Assembly (NCBI GenBank): GCA_040218735.1
Contig: JAVJQW010000023.1
Location: 96,001-160,000 of the forward strand
DNA: 64,000 nucleotides
Reading direction: 5' to 3'
DNA from: Deltaproteobacteria bacterium
GTDB lineage: Bacteria; Myxococcota; Kuafuiibacteriia; Kuafuiibacteriales; Kuafuiibacteriaceae
The notes under the pieces were generated by a model that was not told the origin of the DNA, searched no databases, and worked only from the letters and a program-made list of their open reading frames with translations. Shown here piece after piece: positions 57,555 through 64,000 of this stretch. Positions within the stretch are counted from its first letter, which is position 1, and every line of letters starts with the position of its first letter. A program made the position numbers and the translations under genes.

Positions 57555-58355
57555 ATGCAGAATTTCGAGTTTCATCGGCCCAAGACCGTCGAGGAGGCGG
57601 TCGCGGCGCTCAAGAAGACGGACGGCGACGGGAAGCTCCTCGCGGGCGGCCAGAGCCTCATCCCGGTGCTGAAGCACGAGCTGGCGATGCCGTCGGCGTT
57701 GATCTCCCTCGCCGACATCGGTGGGTTGGATCAGATCGCGGCGGAGGGCGACGCGGTCGTCATCGGCGCGAAGTGCACGCACGCCGAGGTCGCGGCGTCG
57801 GACGTGGTGCAGGGCGCCATCCCGGCGCTCGCGAAGCTGGCGTCGCACATCGGTGACCCGCAGGTTCGTCACCGCGGTACGCTCGGCGGCTCCGTGGCGC
57901 ACGCGGATCCGGCGGCGGACTACCCGGCGGCGGTGCTCGCGCTCGGCGCGACGATCAAGACGGACCGTCGGGAGATCAAGGCGGACGACTTCTTCACCGG
58001 CTTCTTCGAGACGCCGCTGGAGGACGACGAGATCGTCACGGGCGTGAGCTTCCCGAAGGCGGAGAAGTCGGCGTACGCGAAGTTCGCGAGCCCGGCATCG
58101 AAGTACGCGATCGTCGGGGTGTTCGTGGCGAAGACGAGCGGCGGCGTGCGGGTCGCGGTGACGGGTGCGGGTCCGAAGGTGTTCCGCGTGACGGAAATGG
58201 AGACAGCGCTCGACGCGAACTTCAGCTCCGACGCGATCAAGGACATCAAGGTCTCGGCGGACGACCTCAACGGTGACGTCGAGGCGAACGCGGAGTACCG
58301 CGCGCACCTCGTGACCGTGATGGCGCGCCGCGCGGTGGACGCAGCGAACGGATGA
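57555..58355 (+). CDS. coxM: Molybdenum hydroxylase FAD subunit, CoxM/CutM
   Basis: LAGGQSLIP; QVRHRGTLGGS; DPAADYP. Confidence 0.92.
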   Translation: MQNFEFHRPKTVEEAVAALKKTDGDGKLLAGGQSLIPVLKHELAMPSALISLADIGGLDQIAAEGDAVVIGAKCTHAEVAASDVVQGAIPALAKLASHIGDPQVRHRGTLGGSVAHADPAADYPAAVLALGATIKTDRREIKADDFFTGFFETPLEDDEIVTGVSFPKAEKSAYAKFASPASKYAIVGVFVAKTSGGVRVAVTGAGPKVFRVTEMETALDANFSSDAIKDIKVSADDLNGDVEANAEYRAHLVTVMARRAVDAANG

Positions 58356-59242
58356 AGTCGGTCGACGCCGTCGCCGAGCTGCTGGCCGGCGGTTCCTACA
58401 TCGCAGACCGCAGTCTGGCGACGGCGCTCTTCCTCTCCCTCTCCCTCGAGCGCCCGCTGTTCCTCGAAGGGGACGCGGGCGTCGGCAAGACGGAGGTGGC
58501 GAAGGTGCTGGCGTCCCAGCTGGGGCGCCGGCTCATCCGCCTGCAGTGTTACGAGGGCCTCGACGTCGCGTCCGCGGTGTACGAGTGGAGCTACACCGAA
58601 CAGATGATGGCGATCCGCCTGGCCGAGGCTTCGGGCGGCGTGGATCGCGACGCGCTCGCGAAGGACATCTACGACGCGCGCTATCTTCTGGAGCGCCCGC
58701 TCTTGCAGGCGCTGCGGCCGCAGGACGGCGGACCGCCGGTGTTGCTCATCGACGAGCTCGACCGCACCGACGAGCCGTTCGAGGCGTTCCTCCTGGAGCT
58801 GCTGTCGGACTTCCAAGTGACGATCCCCGAGCTGGGGACGATCGAAGCGGCGGCACGGCCGATCGTGATCATCACGTCGAACCGCACGCGCGAGATTCAC
58901 GACGCGCTGAAGCGTCGCTGCTTCTATCACTGGATCGGCTACCCGGACGCCGCGCGGGAGAAGATGATCCTCCGGGCGAAGGTCCCCGAGGCTTCGGAGG
59001 CGTTGGTGGATCAGGTGGTGGGCGTGGTGCAGAAGCTCCGCGCCGACGACCTGTTCAAACCGCCGGGGGTCGCGGAGTCGCTCGACTGGACGCAGGCGCT
59101 CATCTCGTTGAACGAGACCGAGCTGTCGCCCGCGACGATCGACGCGACGCTCGGCGTGGTCCTCAAGTACCAGGACGACATCGAGAAGATCCGCGGCGCG
59201 CGCGCGGCGCAGATCGCCGCCGAGCTCGACGAAGCCTCTTAG
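58352..59242 (+). CDS. MoxR-family AAA+ ATPase, CoxD-like
   Basis: LEGDAGVGKT; RLQCYEG; LLIDELDR; TSNRTREIHDALKRRC. Confidence 0.92.
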   Translation: MKSVDAVAELLAGGSYIADRSLATALFLSLSLERPLFLEGDAGVGKTEVAKVLASQLGRRLIRLQCYEGLDVASAVYEWSYTEQMMAIRLAEASGGVDRDALAKDIYDARYLLERPLLQALRPQDGGPPVLLIDELDRTDEPFEAFLLELLSDFQVTIPELGTIEAAARPIVIITSNRTREIHDALKRRCFYHWIGYPDAAREKMILRAKVPEASEALVDQVVGVVQKLRADDLFKPPGVAESLDWTQALISLNETELSPATIDATLGVVLKYQDDIEKIRGARAAQIAAELDEAS

Positions 59243-59278
59243 GGGGTCGCCATCAGCGACAAGCTCACCGAGAACGTC

Positions 59279-60418
59279 ATGCACTTCGGGCGCCTGCTCC
59301 GGCGCGCCGGTCTGCCCGTCGGCCCCGCGCAGGTGTGCGACGCGGTGGAGGCGGTGTCGGTCGTGAACGTGCACGACCGCTCGCAGTTCTACTGGGCGTT
59401 GGCGGCGGTGTTCGTGAAGCGGCGCGAGCACCTGGAGCTGTTCGCGGAGGCGTTCGCCACCTACTGGAAGGATCCGTGGGGCGCGGACCAGCTCCTGTCG
59501 ATGATGCTCGACAAGGCGCAGCGTGAGACGACCAAGCCGCAGACCAAGCGCAGGATCCAGGAGGCGTGGAGCGCGCCGGTGCCGGTCAAGACGCGGCCGC
59601 GGCAAGAAGACTTGCAAGAGGAGCGCGTCGACACCGTCGTGACGTTCGCGGCGGACGAGGTGCTGCGCACGAAGGACTTCGAGCAGATGACCGCCGAGGA
59701 GATCACAAAGGCGAAGCTCCTCATCCAGCGGATGCGTTTCGACGTCGCCGATCTACTGACGCGACGGCGGAAGACGAGTCACCGCGGGCCGATCGATCTG
59801 CGGCGCACGATGAAGCAGAACGTGCGAAGCGGCGGCGACCTCATGCCGCTGTCGTTCTACGAACGCAGAAAGCGCCCGCCGACGCTGGTCATCCTCTGCG
59901 ACATCTCGGGCTCGATGGAGCGCTACAGCCGGATGTTCCTCCACTTCATGCACGTCCTCACGAACCACCGCGACCGCGTGCACGCGTTCACCTTCGGGAC
60001 GCGCCTGTCGAACGTGACCCGAACCCTCGAACACAAGGACGTGGACATCGCGCTCGAGAAGCTCGGCCAAGAGGTCGTCGACTGGTCCGGCGGCACGCGC
60101 ATTCGTTCGGCGCTGAGTGAGTTCAACAAGAAGTGGTCGCGACGGGTCCTGGGCCAGGGCGCGATCGTCCTGCTCGTGACGGACGGTCTCGACCGGGACC
60201 TGGAGTCGGGCTTGGACTTCGAGGTCCAGCGCCTGAGACGCTCATGCCGGCGGCTGATCTGGCTGAACCCCCTCCTCCGCTTCGACGGCTTTCAGCCCCT
60301 GGCCTCCGGGGTGAAGGTGCTGTTCCGCCACGCCCACGAGCACCGCCCCGTGCACGACCTCGCGAGCCTCGAGAGCTTGGTGCGGGCGCTCGCGACCCCT
60401 GGTCGACCGACCGCTTGA
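59279..60418 (+). CDS. VWA-domain protein, CoxE-like
   Basis: CDISGSM; FGTRL; DWSGGTRI; TDGLDR; IWLNPL. Confidence 0.92.
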   Translation: MHFGRLLRRAGLPVGPAQVCDAVEAVSVVNVHDRSQFYWALAAVFVKRREHLELFAEAFATYWKDPWGADQLLSMMLDKAQRETTKPQTKRRIQEAWSAPVPVKTRPRQEDLQEERVDTVVTFAADEVLRTKDFEQMTAEEITKAKLLIQRMRFDVADLLTRRRKTSHRGPIDLRRTMKQNVRSGGDLMPLSFYERRKRPPTLVILCDISGSMERYSRMFLHFMHVLTNHRDRVHAFTFGTRLSNVTRTLEHKDVDIALEKLGQEVVDWSGGTRIRSALSEFNKKWSRRVLGQGAIVLLVTDGLDRDLESGLDFEVQRLRRSCRRLIWLNPLLRFDGFQPLASGVKVLFRHAHEHRPVHDLASLESLVRALATPGRPTA

Positions 60419-60449
60419 CGCACCGGGTTCGTTCGCGCACGGTGCGCGA

Positions 60450-61652
60450 GTGCATAGTACAACTCAATACTCTGCACCCGTGCTCCTCGCCGGGCTTATC
60501 GCGTGCGGGGCGCCCACGCTGCACGAGGTCGGGCCGGATCCGGACGCCGGGCCGGCGCCCGTCGTGCGCGACGGCGGCACCGAAGCGCCCCGGGACGGGG
60601 GCACCGCGCCGGACGCTGGCGAAGAACCGCCGCGGGACGCGGGCACCACCCCACCGCGCGACGGCGGGACCGAGGCGCCCCGCGACGGTGGCGTCGAGCC
60701 GCCCCGCGACGGCGGCGTGCCGCTCGGGCTGCTCTGCTTCTCGGACATCTGGGATCCGAACGTCGGCGGCCCCGACTACGATCAGTTCGCGCCGACCTAC
60801 GCGTCGCACTGCTTCGGCACCAACCACCAGGACATCACGGGGATCGAGCGCGTCGTGTTCGTGGGTGACTCCGTCACGGTGGGCACGCCGCCGACGCCGT
60901 ACGAGGAGTACTACCGCGGCGTCCTCGCGGACCGCCTCGCGCAGCACTTCAACCTCGAAGCACCGAGCGACGCGTGGAAACGCGCGAGCCTCATCAACGG
61001 GACTTCACTGGTTCAAGACTCGGGCGACTTCGCGAGCTGCGCAAAGTGGGGCGCGCGCACCGACGACCTCATCGAGGACAACAGCCAACTCGAGGACTGC
61101 CTCCCGGCCGAAGAGCGAAACAAACGCACGCTCGTGATCATGACGATCGGTGGCAACGACATCGCGTCGATCACCAAGAACGGGGCGCCCTCCGGCGGTC
61201 ACACGCTCGCCGAGGTCACGATGCAGACCCAGGAGTTCGTCGCGAAGCTCGAAGACGCCGTCGCCTGGGTGAAGGACCCCGCCAACTTTCCGAACGGCGC
61301 CGACCTCGTCTTCGCGAACATGTTCGAGTTCACGGACGCCACCGGTGACGTCGGCTCCTGCCCCGCCGCCGGCGTCGCGGGCTTCGACGAGCCGTGGGCG
61401 GATCCGCAGGCGCTCGAGGACCTCGTGGTGTGGGCCAACGAGGAGTACATGCGCATCGCCGTCGACCACGGCGCCGACCTCATCTTCATGCTCGAGCACT
61501 TCTGCGGCCACGGCTTCCACCACGACGACCCGATGAACCGCTGCTACCGCGGCCCGACGTCCGAGCGCTGGTTCGACGTCAGCTGCATCCACCCGAACCC
61601 GACCGGCCACGACGTCATCGCCGACATGTTCATGGCGGTCGTCGACGAGTAA
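60450..61652 (+). CDS. SGNH/GDSL hydrolase lipoprotein with an RDGG-repeat linker
   Basis: LIAC lipobox; VFVGDS; TIGGND; CIHPN; PRDGG repeats. Confidence 0.8.
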   Translation: MHSTTQYSAPVLLAGLIACGAPTLHEVGPDPDAGPAPVVRDGGTEAPRDGGTAPDAGEEPPRDAGTTPPRDGGTEAPRDGGVEPPRDGGVPLGLLCFSDIWDPNVGGPDYDQFAPTYASHCFGTNHQDITGIERVVFVGDSVTVGTPPTPYEEYYRGVLADRLAQHFNLEAPSDAWKRASLINGTSLVQDSGDFASCAKWGARTDDLIEDNSQLEDCLPAEERNKRTLVIMTIGGNDIASITKNGAPSGGHTLAEVTMQTQEFVAKLEDAVAWVKDPANFPNGADLVFANMFEFTDATGDVGSCPAAGVAGFDEPWADPQALEDLVVWANEEYMRIAVDHGADLIFMLEHFCGHGFHHDDPMNRCYRGPTSERWFDVSCIHPNPTGHDVIADMFMAVVDE

Positions 61653-61659
61653 CCAAGAC

Positions 61660-63219
61660 TCACTGCAACAAACGGAGGATCCCGTTGGCGCCGACCAGAT
61701 ACACGTCGCCGCCGAAACGATGCACGGTGCGCAGCCCGTCGAGCTCACTCGCGAACGGCCCGGTGTCGAGGAGGACTTTGGCCACGCGGCCGTCCGGTCC
61801 GAGCTCGACCAGCTCCGAGCGCCCCGCGGTCCACGCGAACACACCCGATTCCGACGCCGCCACGACCGTGACGTCCGAGAGAGACTCCGGCGCCCCGCCC
61901 GCCACGGGGACCCGGAAGTACCCGCCGCCGTTCGCGCGATAGTAGGCGTACCCGCCCGCGACCCCCACGACGAAGCCCTGCGTGGATACGAGCTCTTGCC
62001 GCGCACCCGTGCGGACGTTCGACTTCGCGACGAAGCGCCCATTCACGGGGGACCACACCACCTCGTCACCGACGACCACCAGTCCGTCGGTTTGGAACAG
62101 CTGGTCTTCGAAGAGCGACGCCGGGCTCCCGTCGAGGGGAACGCGGTAGAGCCCCGTCGTGACGATGCTGTCGTAGTCGACGAGGTTGCAGACCAAGCTG
62201 TCCGCGTGGCCCGCGAGCGCCTGGCACCAGACGCTCGACGAGCTCGGCCCCGCGCCGCCGACCTGGCGGGGGACGTCGCGCCAGGCGGTCAACAGCCCGT
62301 CGGCCGGCCCGCGCAGCAACATCCCGCTCGCGAGCGCGGCGTAGACCTGCCCCCCGGCGACCGCGAGCCCGTCCAGGTAGTCACCGTCGAAGTCCCGGTA
62401 CGCGATGCGCGTCGAGCTCGACGCGAGGTCGACCGCCCAGACCGTCGCGGCGCCGCTGTCTCGGCCATCGCGGGCGACATACACCGTCCCGCCCGCCGCC
62501 ACCGCGAGGCCCGCCGGTCCGAACTCCGCGACGGGTCCCTCGATGCAGACGATCCCCGCCCCCGAGCACACCGCGCCTCCCGGACACGTCCCGCACGACA
62601 CACCCTGAACGCTCCCGCACACGCGGCCGGTGCCGGCGCAGACGTCGACGCAGAGCCCGTCGGTGCATGCGCTCTGGGCTGGGCAGTCCTCGTTCCGCAC
62701 ACACTCGACACACCCGCCGCCCGCAAACGACTCGGGCCACGCGGGGGGCAACGCGTCACCGCAGACCATGTTCAGGTCAGTGCAGTCGAGGCTGCTGTCG
62801 CACGCGCGCGTCGCGACGCACGAACCGCCGATACACGGGAGCTCGTTGCACTCCGCGGCGGAGTTACACGCGGCGCACCGCCCCGCCCCGCGATCGCAGA
62901 CGAGGCCCGCGCTCGTGCACTCGAGGTCGCTCTGACACGGCGTCGCCGACGCACACACGCCTTCGTCGCAGATGGAGTCGATCGGACAGTCCGAGGTCAC
63001 GCGACACTCGACGCACGCACCGCGGATTCGATCGCACACACCTTGCGCGCAGTCGGCGCCGGTCTGGCAGGGCGTGGGTTGGACGACGACGCCGCCGTCG
63101 GCCTGGGCGCCGGCGTCGCGCGGCGTGCCGGTCGGCGCCACGTCGATGCGTCGTTCGGAGGAGCACGCCGCGGCGAAGCCGATCAGCGTGAAGAGGAGAA
63201 CGCGAGGGAGGTGCGTCAT
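61660..63219 (-). CDS. Lipoprotein with Cys-rich (Dickkopf-like) repeats and a C-terminal beta-propeller-like domain
   Basis: FAAAC lipobox; CxxxxDC...C...C repeats; beta-rich C-terminal half. Confidence 0.72.
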   Translation of the reverse strand: MTHLPRVLLFTLIGFAAACSSERRIDVAPTGTPRDAGAQADGGVVVQPTPCQTGADCAQGVCDRIRGACVECRVTSDCPIDSICDEGVCASATPCQSDLECTSAGLVCDRGAGRCAACNSAAECNELPCIGGSCVATRACDSSLDCTDLNMVCGDALPPAWPESFAGGGCVECVRNEDCPAQSACTDGLCVDVCAGTGRVCGSVQGVSCGTCPGGAVCSGAGIVCIEGPVAEFGPAGLAVAAGGTVYVARDGRDSGAATVWAVDLASSSTRIAYRDFDGDYLDGLAVAGGQVYAALASGMLLRGPADGLLTAWRDVPRQVGGAGPSSSSVWCQALAGHADSLVCNLVDYDSIVTTGLYRVPLDGSPASLFEDQLFQTDGLVVVGDEVVWSPVNGRFVAKSNVRTGARQELVSTQGFVVGVAGGYAYYRANGGGYFRVPVAGGAPESLSDVTVVAASESGVFAWTAGRSELVELGPDGRVAKVLLDTGPFASELDGLRTVHRFGGDVYLVGANGILRLLQ

Positions 63220-63289
63220 GCGTCGGGGATCGCACGACGGGGGTGATGGAGGCGAGCCTTGACTCGCCCCCATCGAAACAGCCGTGGGT

Positions 63290-64000
63290 CTAAAGGCCGA
63301 GCTCGCTCTTGAGCGCGTCGACGCGGTCCGTCTTCTCCCACGAGAACTCCGGGTTGCCGAAGTGCCCGTAGGCGGCGGTGCGCGCGAAGACCGGCTTCTT
63401 GAGGTCGAGCGTCGAGATGATGCCCTTCGGGGTCATGTCGAAGAGCTTGTTGATCGCGTCGGAGATCTTCTGCTCGTCGACGTTCGCCGTGCCGAAGCAA
63501 TCGACGTGGACCGAGACCGGGTCCACGACGCCGATCGCGTAGGCGAGCTGCACTTCGCAGCGCGACGCCGCGCCCGAGGCCACAACGTTCTTCGCGATGT
63601 AGCGCGACATGTACGCGGCCGAGCGGTCGACCTTGCTCGGGTCCTTGCCGGAGAACGCGCCGCCGCCGTGGCGGCCCATGCCACCGTACGTGTCGACGAT
63701 GATCTTGCGCCCGGTGAGCCCCGCGTCGCCGTGGGGCCCGCCCACCACGAACCGGCCCGTGGGGTTGATGTGGTACTTCACGTCCTTCGCGAGGTGCTCG
63801 GCCGGGATGGTCTTCTTGATGACCTCCTCGATGATGCCCTCGTGAATCTGCGCGTTCTCGGCGTCCTCGGCGTGCTGCGAGGAGATGACGACGGTCGTGA
63901 CCTCCTTCGGCTTGCCGTTCTCGTAACGCACCGTGACCTGGCCCTTACCGTCGGGGCGAAGGAAGGGGAGCGTGCCGTTCTTCCGAACGTTCGTGAGCTG
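63290..64000 (-). CDS. metK: S-adenosylmethionine synthetase, 5'-truncated by the window edge
   Basis: [30 protein letters not shown]; [16 protein letters not shown]; TAAYGHFG. Confidence 0.97.
   Translation of the reverse strand, partial: QLTNVRKNGTLPFLRPDGKGQVTVRYENGKPKEVTTVVISSQHAEDAENAQIHEGIIEEVIKKTIPAEHLAKDVKYHINPTGRFVVGGPHGDAGLTGRKIIVDTYGGMGRHGGGAFSGKDPSKVDRSAAYMSRYIAKNVVASGAASRCEVQLAYAIGVVDPVSVHVDCFGTANVDEQKISDAINKLFDMTPKGIISTLDLKKPVFARTAAYGHFGNPEFSWEKTDRVDALKSELGL

Overview
GC-rich bacterial DNA. The gene content (MYXO-CTERM protein, many Cys-rich lipoproteins with DAG/DGG linkers, stand-alone MshEN protein, type I PKS) points to a myxobacterium (Myxococcota); this is an inference. 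From left to right the window holds: the 3' part of a fully reducing type I PKS module with TE; an LRR protein; a monoheme lipoprotein plus a diheme cytochrome-beta-barrel fusion (Cyc2-like); a VOC/peptidase/NTF2 trio; a six-gene TonB2/Ttp-type operon behind a Fur-like box; thrB, an MshEN protein and holB-metG-HEAT; a ~9 kb block of mostly surface-protein genes, then tatD; a cluster of unusual signal-peptide-less enzyme genes (P-domain/clan CD-like protein, divergent SelO-like protein, FAD monooxygenase, DcrB-like protein), several sharing a sigma28-like upstream motif (C[GA]CAAC-N14/15-G[CG]CGAwA); an aldehyde dehydrogenase; a Fur-boxed porin-imelysin-DHOR-imelysin-HTTM operon; HAD-sufU-sufS divergent from mocA-like and form II coxSLM-coxDE genes, with a 1.7 kb ankyrin/IS91-remnant insert bounded by a ~64 bp direct repeat; two lipoproteins; and the 3' part of metK. 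No rRNA, tRNA or CRISPR array was seen. All calls come from reading motifs by eye; no database searches were run.
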